Part shown: piece by piece, positions 37,469 through 51,564 of the stretch
Layout: each line of letters opens with the position of its first letter
How positions within the stretch are numbered: the first letter of the stretch is position 1
Assembly (NCBI GenBank): GCA_951406725.2
Contig: OX597814.1
Coordinates: forward strand, 15,004,001 to 15,068,000
Direction: 5' to 3'
Source: Octopus vulgaris
Taxonomy: Eukaryota
DNA length: 64,000 bases
Program-made: the position numbers and the translations under genes
The notes under the pieces: model-generated
What the model saw: the letters and a program-made list of their open reading frames with translations, nothing else
What the model was told of the DNA's origin: nothing
Databases searched by the model: none

Positions 37469-38150
37469 TTAATATTTGAGGAATACGTTAATATTTACAA
37501 AATTATATCCCTTAATTAATTCTCATTTAATAAATTTCTCTTTAATATTGATTTATATTTTAACCATAAATAGTAACTTAATCCTCCTGTCTATGTAATC
37601 GTCATAAACGTTGAATCAATTAAAAATTCGTTGGAAACAGCTGTAGTGGATTGACTCATTATCCATCTGTTGTTGTTTATTTAATTATTATTCACCGTAC
37701 TTGGAATCTGCTCCTTGTGTAGGTCCGAAGTATATTATGAACCGTACATTTAGTGCAAAGTGCATTTCCTGATTAACCCCAGGGCTCACAATATACTCAA
37801 TCGGGTACAGTTAATCATATACATAACCTAAATATCTTTCTACATGCAATTCGGTACCCCGTTTGTATTCCTCTATTTTTGTTGTGTACACATTTTGTTT
37901 TTTGACCGAACCGATTCTTTACCATTTATGTGCCTGTTTCACTTAAATCCTGATCTCTTATAATACATGCATGCATGCATACATACATACACACATACAT
38001 ACATACAAACATACATACATACATACATACGTACGTACGTACATACATACGTGAGTTAATATTTGAGGAATACGTTAATATTTACAAAATTATATCCCTT
38101 AATTAATTCTCATTTAATAAATTTCTCTTTAATATTGATTTATATTTTAA
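37469..38150. repeat. Identical 95-bp direct repeats (37469-37563 and 38056-38150) flanking about 490 bp
   Basis: ttaatatttgaggaatacg...gatttatattttaa occurs twice with no difference seen. Confidence 0.9.
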
Positions 38151-39557
38151 ATATAATCTTAATTTAAAAAAAAATTCCTACATATATTTCCTAGATAGTC
38201 AATTTATAATTTTAGCAACTTTTGTTATATTTCAGCTGTATTTTTCAAACACACATTTGCATACGTGCACACAGGCTAATCCTAATTATTTGACACAAAG
38301 ATTACATTGAATATTTCCAAATTTATAGGAATTAGACTGGCTTATAATTTCCCACTTTCATTTTTGTCCTTTAAGTGCCAAATAAATTTGCTGAAACTGG
38401 TAGATGATTAATTTATATGTATATTTCCAAAGGTGGATTCCTGGTCATCAATAGGCATTTTTATATAATTTTCCGTCAATCCAATATAAAAATATTTTTT
38501 ACCGCCAGATTCTATTGGTTCATCCCATAAATAATTCGTTTTTTTCAATTGCATGAGCTAAAGGTAAAAGGAGGACGGGATAAACTACCAGCATCAACTT
38601 GCTATAAAAACAGGTAGTAATGTGACCATGTACTTATTCTTAGTGCAAGGTTTGAAGTGTAAAGGTTCGATTTTAACACTTATCTTTTCAAAGCTATAAT
38701 GAAAGTGACAAAGGAGCATATTTGGCATATTTTCGTTTATTTATTCAATAAAGGCAACAACGCAACAGAAAGCGCGAGAAATATTAATGAAATATATTTT
38801 GGGGACGGACAATAAGAGTAAGGCAGTGTCAAACAAGGATAATACACGGTCACTTTGAGATGGATTTGATTCGACGGTGGCTTTCTGTATATCATTATCC
38901 ACATTTGTTTTTGATCGACTGCGCTGCTCATTTGTGAAGTCAAAGTTACCAAAACAAACTTTTGCAAACCAATTTGATACTACCTGTTGGTAATAACATT
39001 AGAATGAAATACTCCATTAATATTCCGAGATGTCTGTGATGCTGTATTTCCAAGAAAGAACTCATATTTCAAAATTCTATGATTTTCCGACATCCATTTC
39101 TAAGCAAAAATAGGGGAAAAAACGGTTAATAAATAGTTTATAAAGCGGAAAATGGGCTAGAATAAAGAAATAGATGTTTCAACTTTATAACAAAAAAATA
39201 AGAATTGTCAAAATACTAAAATGGCGCAAAATAAGCAGCTGCCAAAGTTTACCATATAACTTACTACTTGACAACTGATATTGGTTTGTTTACATCCCCA
39301 TGATCTAACGATTCAGCAAAAGACACTGATAGAATAAGCACTAGGCTTATAAAGAATAGTTCGTGGGGGTGGATTTCTTCGACTAAAATAACCTTAACTG
39401 TCGTGCTCCAGCATGACTGCAGTCCAATGGCTGAAACAAGAAAAATAATAAGAGAATACGCTATATAGTCATGTGTACATGTGTGCACATGTGCGAGTAC
39501 GGGTGTGTATAAATAAATGTATATCCCAATGTATATAAATGTATGTACGTGCGTATG

Positions 39558-39592
<35 letters not shown>

Positions 39593-39644
39593 ATGTGTGT
39601 GTGTGTGTGTGTGATGTGTGTGCGTGCGTATGTATATATATGTA

Positions 39645-40205
39645 TAGGGGATCTGTAAAGTTACTACACATTTAGGCTGAAAACAACTCTATGATACGGT
39701 TGCTGAGGTATATGTAAGAAGCCCACAGAAATCAATTCGCTGTAATAGTTCAGAAATCAGTATGAAACGAACATCACAAAATATAATACTTACAAAACTC
39801 AATATGAAACATTAAATTTCGCACCCAACTCACAGACTTCTTGAGAATGATCCTGATCACAGGTCTCAATTTTACGAACAATTTATAAGTCAATGGAGCC
39901 AAGTTTGTAAGTCAGGGAAAACCAAGAATTATTGAAGATCTTCGGCAGTTCATTATTGATGCATTTGTTAACCTTCATCCAGAGATGTGTACCGAAGTTT
40001 GTCACAGTGTGTTCTGCCCGTTGTCAAGAATGCATTGAAGTTAACGGCTTACAATTTGAATATTTATCATAACTCTAGTAAAGGAAATTGATTGCCTATT
40101 TTGTTACGATATTTTCTGATGTAATACAGATATATTGTAAAGATCTTTTTAGTCTATGATATTCTTTATTACAAATGATTATATAATAACTTTACGGACA
40201 CCCTG
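39645..40205 (+). mobile_element. Internally deleted Tc1/mariner element
   Basis: TA-flanked TIRs (t)aggggatctgtaaagtt / aactttacggacaccctg; internal transposase C-terminal remnant KPRIIEDLRQFI.DAF...EMC...NGLQFEYL. Confidence 0.75.
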
Positions 40206-40209
40206 TATG

Positions 40210-40264
<55 letters not shown>

Positions 40265-40521
40265 CGTAAAGTATACTAGCCATCTCAAGATGGCTAACCA
40301 CTAAGGGTGGGTGTTTCTGTAGCTTTTAGCCGCAGGAGATCATCGTCTCCAGCTGGCTTTAGGCACACTGTCTGTGCCCTTATGATATTTGCAAAGGGAG
40401 GTCATCCCTCTCTAGTAAACCTAAGTGACACGCACGGACTGCAGTTTCTAGGTATTTGCCTGTCTTCAGCGTACGGCAGTCACCGGTTTACGATGAAAGG
40501 GAGACCTGTTTGCAAATACTT

Positions 40522-40585
<64 letters not shown>

Positions 40586-40676
40586 GTATATATATATATA
40601 TACATACATATACATATATTTATATACATACATATATATATATATACACACATACACAGACAACACATATATATAC

Positions 40677-40707
<31 letters not shown>

Positions 40708-40724
40708 CACATACACACATACAC

Positions 40725-40787
<63 letters not shown>

Positions 40788-40869
40788 CATATCCAATCTC
40801 TTTTCAGTGCAAACCACTCATTCCTAGACTCGGCAGTGTTATATATTCTACACCAGTTCTTGTAATTAG

Positions 40870-42620
40870 ACCGGAACCAAATTCCCTCCCTCGCAGAGCC
40901 AACAAAAGTCATATATCGAATGAAAAATGGAAATGCAGCAGGATTGTTTGTAATCCTATGTAAGAAATGGAAGTCTAGTAGCCCAATACTCCATTCTAAA
41001 TTTCACGAGCTTTTCTTTTGGTTTGGGAAGAAGGGAAAGTTAACGGGATTTCTACGATGCTGTTATCACCACGCTATATAGAAACATGGGAAAGACGCCT
41101 GACTGCTCCAACTGGAGTAGGATTTCATTTCTCATCCTCCTTTGTAGGCACACGGTTTACCTAAGTACTCCTCAGCAGAAAAAAAATACTTACTGTTGCA
41201 AAAGGACCACACCCACAGAATATTAGTGCGGCTTCAGGGAAACCACGTGTACTACAGATATGATCTTTATTATTAAACAGTTCTAAAGAGAATAAAGCAA
41301 AATATTTTACATCACTGTTGTCAACCTCACCAAAGCATTCGATATTGTAAGCAGAAAAGGTCTGTGTCGAATCATGGAATGCCTTGGATGCCACACCAAA
41401 TTCCTCAAAATGATCATCCAACCGCATGTAAAATAGCAGAACTAGGTAAGTTACAGCAGCGAGTCTTCTGAATCATTCCATATTGGCACATGAAGCAAGG
41501 CTGTGTCCTCGTGCCATATTGCCACACAGAGACAACCCTGCAGCATATCGTCTCTTGCTTTTCCGAAGATACTCTGCACTTTGTCTTAGAAGTCAGTTTA
41601 AAATAGAAAGAAAGTTGCCTTACATCAAGAATACCACTTCTCACTTTACTATCGGGGAGATTGCTCTAATGTCAGTCAACTAGTTCACCTACCTAGGATA
41701 ATCATTATTCAGATGCCAACGTTGACAAGAACGTTGAACAAACTTTACAATGGAATTCTGGAGCAATTACCATCTGAAGAAAGAAACCAAGATCAGTTTA
41801 TACAGAGTCACCGTTCTGAACAGCTTCTTGTACGACATTTGAGTTGTGAGTCATCTGCTGGCACTACCTATGACTACTTGAGCGATGCCATCAGCCTTAC
41901 CTTCGCGTCATTGTCAGCGACTTTGTCATCAACGTCAAAGTCCTGGAGTAGGCGGAAGTCAGTAGCATCGAAACAACTTTATTGAAGACAACTACGCAGG
42001 GCAAAATACGTAAACAGGTTGGAGGATAATCGACTTCCCAAGGTCGCGTTGTATGACAAACTCTTTTCTGGTCTCCGTGATAGAAGTGAACTAAAAAAAA
42101 ATAACATGCAAGGACTTCCTAAAGAAATCGCTTAGTGTCTACCACATAGAGTTCCACCAGTGATCTGTTCTTGTCGCTGAAAATGAAACCTGGTGTCTCA
42201 CTGTCCACCAGGTATTATATTTCTTTACTGCCCACAAGGGGCTAAACACAGAGGGGACAAACAAGGACAGACAAACGGATTAAGTCGATTACATCGACCC
42301 CAGTGCGAAACTGGTACTTTATTTATCGACACCGAAAGGATGAAAGGCAAAGTCGACCTCGGCGGAATTTGAACTCAGAACGTAACGACAGACGAAATAC
42401 TGCTAAGCATTTCGCCCAACGCCTTCGAAGACACTCGCAGGAACGTACTTGAACGCAAGTGAAAAACACGGAAAACAGAGATTTTACAACCAGTCCAGCT
42501 CAGCCTACCTTACCATGCAACCTCTGTGGTTATGACTGTTGGCCACGTATATGAATAGTTAGACAGCAACAAGGTTTCAACTGATGAAGACATCTCACTC
42601 CCATAAACAGCCGCGCGCGA
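40870..42620 (+). mobile_element. Second degenerate RTE-clade LINE, with a family B SINE inserted at 42213-42418
   Basis: CGFRE..DMIFII.Q, KAFDIVSRKGL..IMECLGCHTKFLKMI, GMKQGCVL, FTYLG and RLEDNRLPKVALY remnants. Confidence 0.8.
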
Positions 42621-43316
42621 AGCGAAGCCAAATGTGATGCTATTTATAGCGTGTAGCACTATCACCTAGAGGTCCTACTACTTGGTATATTAGTACATAT
42701 GTTTATATATAAAAGTAAGAAAGCACTACTATCGAAGTGCACTCAGCGGATTCAGTTTTAACAAACAAAAGTATTTCTCCTAGCTACAAAAGCATTCTCT
42801 TGTTTATGTTGACAACACTATCTTTTCAATAAGGAACCTATTTAAATCTACTTAACGTTGGTGTTGCTAAGTACAGTTAACCAAGTTAAAGTTTATATCA
42901 ATAAAAGGACATTTTAGTTTCTAATTTGTTTGAGACATGTGCGTCTACAAAAGTTATGCTACGAGTTATAAATAGAACACTTAAGAAATTCTATATTTAG
43001 GAACAGGTTTTCTAATTCCCGTATATTGTTGATAAATCTATATTTAAATCATTTTACTAGTGGTATTGTTACCGCGCAACTTATGCTACTCATAGAGTCT
43101 TCTTGGTCTAGAAACTATATCATATTGTCTAATACAGTCACTACATTCAAACCAGGGTAATTTGAATTGGGGATTTACATAAAAGCGGATTTGCGGGAAC
43201 AGGTTTATCTGCTGTTGACGTTTAAAAATGTTGCTAATATCACTATCATAACCCTTATACTTCTCTGTATCTTTGTCACTTTTTTCATGCGTGAATCATT
43301 ATTCTGCTTCACTATT

Positions 43317-43406
<90 letters not shown>

Positions 43407-44029
43407 GGGGTGGAGGCGCAATGTGTGTGTGTGTGTGTGTTTCTCTGTGTGTGTGTGTGTGTATTTGTGTGTGTGTGTGTGTGTATGTGTGTATCAATAT
43501 TCGAGAGCCTGTATTCGGCAACCACATGTCATCAACAGTATGGATGTAAGTGCCACTAGTTTTACCTTCGAACATTCTTCGTGTCCGTTGCGTTTATAAA
43601 ATAGGAGAGAAAGAAATGGAATTCATAAGGATCTTTATTATTCACTACGATCGCTTCGACACATAGTGCACAGGTGTTTGTTTGCACAGCATCTAATCCT
43701 TGGGGCACCGATGTAAGATGGGTCAAAAGGGTTGTAGTGAGTATAAAGAGTTTCATGAATTCACTTTTCTTTCCCTCATATATTATGCGCGTGTATTTGT
43801 ATGGGTGTCTATGAATGTGTGTCTTTAAGTATTATTATATTGGTTTGGTTCACAATCAATCACTTAATCTTCCTCTATATCTCTCTTTAAATATATTGGT
43901 GCCGGTGTGGTTTTGTGGTAAGAAGTTTGGGAAAATGTATTCTACTATAGACAAGGGCCGACCAAAATCTTGTGAGTGGGTTTGGTAGACGGAAGTTGAA
44001 TGAAGCCCGACGTGTATATATATAATATT

Positions 44030-45310
44030 TACTGGATCTCAAGTACCAACACAATTCTTCCAACATTTGTGCCCTTACATAGAGGACGGATAAATGAACG
44101 CTTCAAGACTGACTTCATCCCCAAGACCACACGCCTGGTACTAGAAGAAAATACATTTAGATTTGATACTAAAACATATCTACAGATAAAAGGCAGGACT
44201 ATGCAGAAGCGCTTTGCACCCTCACATACACATTTAGTCATGGGATACACGGAGGAAAAACTTTATGATTAAGTAGAAAAATATTTTGATCAAGAGTACA
44301 AGAAATATATCATTTAAATGTGGAAACGCTTACGTGATGATTGCTTTATGTTTTGGGACAGATTAAATGAGGACTATGTATATTTAACGATATACTAAAC
44401 ACACTTCACCTATCCATCAAATTCACAGCAAAATGCATTTGCAATGTATTTCTTTACTACCCACAAGGGGCTAAACACAGAGGGGACAAACAAGGACAGA
44501 CAAACGGATTAAGTCGATTACATCGACCCCAGTGCGTAACTGGTACTTAATTTATCGACCCCGAAAGGATGAAAGGCAAAGTCGACCTCGGCGGAATTTG
44601 AACTCGGAACGTAACGACAGATGAAATACGGCTACGAATTTCGCCCGGCGTGCTAACGTTTCTACCAGCTCGCCGCCTTGCATTACCATTCCTGGATATC
44701 CACGTAAAAATGCATAACTCCACAGTCACAACAGACATATTTTACTAAAACACTGACACACACCAATATTTAAATTTCTACTCTTGCCATCCATCACACA
44801 TCAAAAGAAACATGCCATACAGCATGGCAAGACGCATCTGTGCTATAGTGACTGACCCCAAAATAGGTGAAATCCGACTCTATGAACTCAAATGTTTCCT
44901 CACAATGCAGAAATAACCCTTAGGATTAATTAATGAGCGAATTAAAAAGGCGATGAAACTGAACATCACCCAACTACTGACACCTTAGGAAAACACGATT
45001 CGGTTCATTACAGAGTCCTGTAATAACCAGCATCTTTCACGCCATAAAATCGAACTTCCCTATAGTTCTACGAAGCACCAAAATGAAAAATTTGATTGAA
45101 AAAAAAACACCTTACAGAATAGTAGGCGCCAACCAAAAATCTTAAAACAAAACATCACACACGGGCAGAATTCAAATCAGAAAATGAATCAAAATTCTTA
45201 GTAAAAGAAAAAAAAAAGGGGAAGAAAGGAGAAGCGAGAAAGAAAGCAAAAAACTTTCAGTGATGAACACACGACACCTTTTTCCTTTCTTGTTTGAAGA
45301 GGTCACCACC
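44030..45310 (+). mobile_element. Degenerate Penelope-like element (RT), with a family B SINE inserted at 44446-44678
   Basis: LVLEENTFRFD.KTYLQIKGRTM..RFAP, WKRLRDDCF, LPFLDI and TDTHQYLNFYSCHPSHIKRNMPYSMARRIC; homologous to 16732-17371. Confidence 0.88.
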
Positions 45311-45440
45311 CTTAAACCTATTCCAATACAATGGTAAATGACTAAATAAATAAATGAATAGTGATTATGAAGAGATCCCCATTATCTCTTCTCTCCTCTC
45401 TCCCTCTATATGTCTCTATCTATCTATCTATCTATCTATG

Positions 45441-45529
<89 letters not shown>

Positions 45530-48500
45530 ATATTTCTATCTATGTATTTCTCTTGTCATGACCCCCACCCCAAAAAAATGTTCTCGTCTTCTAAACAAAA
45601 CTCCGAAAAACTGTGTAACAACCTAAGAAGCAACGAGATTTACGCTGACAACAGCTGCAATGACAACACCAACATTGCGGCTGGAAATGGCTGCTACACC
45701 AGTAGAAAAGAAGTCACCAAGAACATGTCGTGGATTATCAGCGCCAGCACCGACTACACCGACTACATCGACTTCAGATACATAGTTAAAGAAAGAAACA
45801 TTAGCGGAGGTAGCATATCCAATACATAGACACGAAAACATTAGGTAGAACTGAACACTAATTTTTGCAACGTCTGAACAACCAAAGGGCCACTGTTATG
45901 TTACCGGAAAGGTGCAACAACACGACCCTGACCAGCCAAGAACGCCACTTAAAACAGGAAAGAACCATACAGATAAGTAAATGGAGGTCCCTTGAACAGC
46001 TGGTCACTGACGTAAATGGGAGCAAAGGACACAGCAATAATCCTAAAACTTCGGTTGATTGGGAAACTTAAACTGTGAATATAGTACACACTAAAATCTA
46101 TTTGTGTACGTAATCCCATTCTTCAAGTATAATGAGAAAATGTTTATGTTATGGAATCTCTATTTCTATAATTAGAAGTATTGTTTCAGTTACCTTTGAC
46201 TAACTATTTTCCGAATAATTAAAATTCCTGCCCATCAATAGCAATTCATTGAGGAAATAAAAATACCTATCTTTCATGATCCGTATTTGTCTCCGATAGA
46301 CACTTCTCTACTTTTCTGACTCATCTGTCGGCAATTTTTATGAAATTTAACGACACAATGCAGGTAAATTTACAAGCTGCTAAATGAATACGACATATGT
46401 CATACGATTGCCGACTTATTTCTATTTGATATCACCTGATTTTATTATTAATTGTCTGTATACTTGTTCTCTGTATCCTTGACATCTGCCTGCCTTTGTA
46501 TTTATATACCTCTATAAATACATATTCGTTTCAAATAGTTTGTTTATATACATTCAGGAATCCCTCGCGTTAACATAGCTTATACTACGTATGTTCATAA
46601 TTACAAAGATTGTAAAAAGAGATAATTATTTTCGAGATGCAATCTATAATTTCACATTTACGGATAATTTTTGACAAATTGAAAAATAGATTTTTTAAAA
46701 CTCCAAACGCTATTGTGAGCGCTTTAGCTCAGGTGAAAGTATAGCTAAAAACTTTGGAAAACTATGCCCATGATATTTTCACACGAACATGTATGTATGT
46801 TTGTGTGTATGTACGCATGTATGCATCTCTCTCTCTCTCTCTCTCTCTCGCTATGACTCTCTCTCAGTAAAACTCTCTTTCTCTGCATGTACATATATAT
46901 ATATATATATATATTAATAGATATTTTATATTTGGATATGCAGCTTGTAGTAAGCAGCTTAAAGCCCGTACAAAGTAATTCGGCAAAATCATTTCATTAA
47001 TAGTTTGGACGTAAACGTTATAAGGTTTTCTTCAGAACCTCCTTCGTGTTCGTAGCGTTTGTTAAACACGAGAGAAGGGAATGGAATTCATGTAATTCTT
47101 TATTATTCATGACGATCCTTTCGCCACATCATGCACTGGTTTCGCTTTTACTTTATCTCACACGCGAAGTATCAGAGAACAACAGAATGAAATATTTAAA
47201 TTTTAATATTCATAGTTTAACTTTTAAAGTTTAACAATTAAAGACACACTTCACTGATCTCTTCAGGAGAAAAACAATTAGTTTTAAATCTCTGAACGAG
47301 AAATAAATAGCAACAGTATGTCTCTTTGCCAACGAACTGTGGCAGTTCTGATTAGGACACTGTTATTAAATTTATTAGCCGAGGAAAACCTCTTTTCCAG
47401 TTAGGCATCGACGCACAACCTCGTCATCTGACCGCGAATATAGATAGATGTATAGATAATAGATAAGTAATTATCAGTTTAATCTTATAAGCCTTCATTG
47501 CATATTGGCTATAGAAAACAATCTAACAGTGGGGCATGTAAGCAAACACACATACATGCACACACATATACATACATACATACACACATGCATACATACT
47601 TGCATACATACATATGTATATAAGCAAATTATACATAAGAGCAAAACAGTAAATTCCTATTTTCATATGCCGAGAAATAGACATTAAATCTTCAGTAACC
47701 ACATATAATTCATTACTAAAGGCACTCGTCTCGAAGCAAGCAGATAGAACTTTGTAAAGTATTCCCTTATTACCGAATCTGGTCGATTTCTGAGTTAATC
47801 CATTAAGAATTTTCTCGTTATCGGCGGTAAATACTTTTAGAAATAAATGAAATACTTGCTTGCACACATGGACCAAGCATGCGCAAAGCCATGTGTACAC
47901 TTAAATACCCCAAATATATCCATACAGAAATTTTGCAGCACCTTCATAAGGTAGCATATCCAATACACAGACGCGAAAATACGTAGGTTAAACTGACCCC
48001 TTATTTAATCAACGTCTGAACAACCACAGGTCCACTGTTATCTAATATCACATCTCTTGTTAGCAAAGAACGCCACTTAGAAGAGGTTAGAACAATCCAG
48101 ATAATTAAATGTAGGCCCTTTGATAAACTGGGGACTGATATAAATGGGAACAAACGATGCAGTCTTTTCTTGGCCTCGAGAGGAATAATCCTAAAACCTC
48201 GCTTACCTCAAAGAACCTTTTAAAGGGTGAATAAAGTACATACTAAAATCTATTCGAGCACGGAATTCCATTCTACATTTTTGAGTAAATCTTATGCTAC
48301 GAAGACTGGAGGATTGTTTCAATTGCCTTTGCCTAACTACTTTCAGAATTATTAAAATTCCTGCCCAACAATAGCAATTCACTGTTTTGTGAATTAAAAA
48401 TACATGTCTTTCATGACTCGTATTTGTCTCCGATGGACGGTTCAGTACTTTTCTGACTCATCTGTCGCAATTGTTTTGAACCGCAACGACACGATGCAGG

Positions 48501-49027
48501 TAAATGTACAAGCTGGTAAATGAATAAGACAACGACATACATCATACGATTGTCGACTTATTTCTATTTGATATCACCTGATTTTATTATTAATCGTCTG
48601 TATCCTTGTTCTCTGTATCCTTTCCTCTGCCTGTCTTTGTATTTATATACCTCTATAAATACATATTCGTTTCAAATAGTTTGTTTATACACATTCACGC
48701 ATCACTAGCGGTAAGTTGCTTATATTACGCATGTTCATTATTACAATGATTGTAAAAGAGATAATTATTTTCGAGATGCAATCTATAAATTCGCATTTAC
48801 GAATAATTTTTGACAAATTGAAAAATAGATTTTTTAAAACCTTAAACGCTATTGTGAGCGCATTAGCTCAGGTCAAGGTATAGCTAAAAATTTTGGAAAA
48901 CTATGCCCATGATATTTTCACACGAACATGTATGTATGTTTGTGTGCATGTACGCATGTATGCATCTCTCTCTCTCTCTCTCTCTCTCTCACTATAACTC
49001 TCTCTCAGTATAACTCTCTTTCTCTGC

Positions 49028-49064
<37 letters not shown>

Positions 49065-49122
49065 TAATAGAAATATTAAAATTACTAAGTCTCTCTAAAG
49101 GAGATTACGGCAGCGTTACTGG

Positions 49123-49399
49123 AAATTAATAGTTATCGCCATACTAATATGGCAGTCTTATAAATATAAGACTAAAGCTGTCGCTGATTAGCTCCATGTT
49201 CCATTATAAACCTTCGAACAGGGAGGGCAGCCGCTTCACCCTGCCAGTCAGACAGCTGCAGACATGTTTCAGGGTATTTGGACGCAGTTTGTGTGTCAAA
49301 TAGCTAGCTTGAGGCGGTGGCCTCATGGAGCTAATCAGCGACAGCTTTAGTCTTATATTTATAAGACTGCCATATTAGTATGGCGATAACTATTAATTT
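49123..49399. repeat. Perfect 76-bp inverted repeat with a 125-nt spacer (fold-back insertion 49061-49399 in a TA tract)
   Basis: 49123-49198 is the exact reverse complement of 49324-49399; absent at the equivalent site of copy 1 (about 46915). Confidence 0.93.
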
Positions 49400-49928
49400 A
49401 TATATTAATAGATATTTTATATTTGGATATGCAGCTTGTAGTAAGCAGCTTAAAGCCCGTACAAAGTAATTCGGCAAAATCATTTCATTAATAGTTTGGA
49501 CGTAAACGTTATAAGGTTTTCTTCAGAACCTCCTTCGTGTTCGTAGCGTTTGTTAAACACGAGAGAAGGGAATGGAATTCATGTAATTCTTTATTATTCA
49601 TGACGATCCTTTCGCCACATCATGCACTGGTTTCGCTTTTACTTTATCTCACACGCGAAGCATCAGAGAACAACAGAATGAAATATTTAAATTTTAATAT
49701 TTATAGTTTAACTTTTAAAGTTTAACAATTAAAGACACATTTCACTGATCTCTTCAGGAGAAAAACAATTAGTTTTAAATCTCTGAACGAGAAATAAATA
49801 GCAACAGTATGTCTCTTTGCCAACGTAGTGTGGCAGTCCTGATTAAGACAGTGTTATTTCGTTTTTTAGGCCCAGGAAAACCTCTTTTCCCGTTAGCTAT
49901 TGATGCACAACTTCGTCCTTTTACCGCG

Positions 49929-50077
<149 letters not shown>

Positions 50078-51467
50078 AACAGCAAAACAAAAATTTCCTA
50101 ATTTAATATGCCGAGAAATAGGCTTTAGATCGTCAATAACCAGATATAATTTATTACGAAAAGCAGTCTTCTCGAAGAAAGCAGACAGAAATTTCTAAAG
50201 TATTCCTTTATTACCGAATCGGTCGAATTCTGAGTTAATCCATTAAGAATTTCCTCGTCATCAGTGGTAACTACGTTAAGAAATAAATGAAATACTTTCT
50301 TGCACACATGGAACAAGCATACGCAAAGCCATGTGTACACTTAAATACCCCAAATATATCCATACAGAAATTTTGCAGCACCTTCATAAGGTAGCATATC
50401 CAATACACAGACGCGAAAATACGTAGGTTAAACTGACCCCTTATTTAATCAACGTCTGAACAACCACAGGTCCACTGTTATCTAATATCACATCTCTTGT
50501 TAGCAAAGAACGCCACTTAGAAGAGGTTAGAACAATCCAGATAATTAAATGTAGGCCCTTTGATAAACTGGGGACTGATATAAATGGGAACAAACGATGC
50601 AGTCTTTTCTTGGCCTCGAGAGGAATAATCCTAAAACCTCGCTTACCTCAAAGAACCTTTTAAAGGGTGAATAAAGTACATACTAAAATCTATTCGAGCA
50701 CGGAATTCCATTCTACATTTTTGAGTAAATCTTATGCTACGAAGACTGGAGGATTGTTTCAATTGCCTTTGCCTAACTACTTTCAGAATTATTAAAATTC
50801 CTGCCCAACAATAGCAATTCACTGTTTTGTGAATTAAAAATACATGTCTTTCATGACTCGTATTTGTCTCCGATGGACGGTTCAGTACTTTTCTGACTCA
50901 TCTGTCGCAATTGTTTTGAACCGCAACGACACGATGCAGGTAAATGTACAAGCTGGTAAATGAATAAGACAACGACATACATCATACGATTGTCGACTTA
51001 TTTCTATTTGATATCACCTGATTTTATTATTAATCGTCTGTATCCTTGTTCTCTGTATCCTTTCCTCTGCCTGTCTTTGTATTTATATACCTCTATAAAT
51101 ACATATTCGTTTCAAATAGTTTGTTTATACACATTCACGCATCACTAGCGGTAAGTTGCTTATATTACGCATGTTCATTATTACAATGATTGTAAAAGAG
51201 ATAATTATTTTCGAGATGCAATCTATAAATTCGCATTTACGAATAATTTTTGACAAATTGAAAAATAGATTTTTTAAAACCTTAAACGCTATTGTGAGCG
51301 CATTAGCTCAGGTCAAGGTATAGCTAAAAATTTTGGAAAACTATGCCCATGATATTTTCACACGAACATGTATGTATGTTTGTGTGCATGTACGCATGTA
51401 TGCATCTCTCTCTCTCTCTCTCTCTCTCTCACTATAACTCTCTCTCAGTATAACTCTCTTTCTCTGC

Positions 51468-51506
<39 letters not shown>

Positions 51507-51564
51507 TAATAGAAATATTAAAATTACTAAGTCTCTCTAAAGGAGATTACGGCAGCGTTACTGG

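Noticed and set aside
37690-37950. Minus-strand ALGLIRK resembling the end of an RLE-type endonuclease
   Set aside because: Only a 7-residue resemblance amid many stops; insufficient without a search.
47046-47234. 62-aa ORFs repeated across array units (also 48520-48708, 49537-49725, 50960-51148, 51980-52168)
   Set aside because: Recurrence simply reflects recent DNA duplication; there are no motifs, and several start at GTG.
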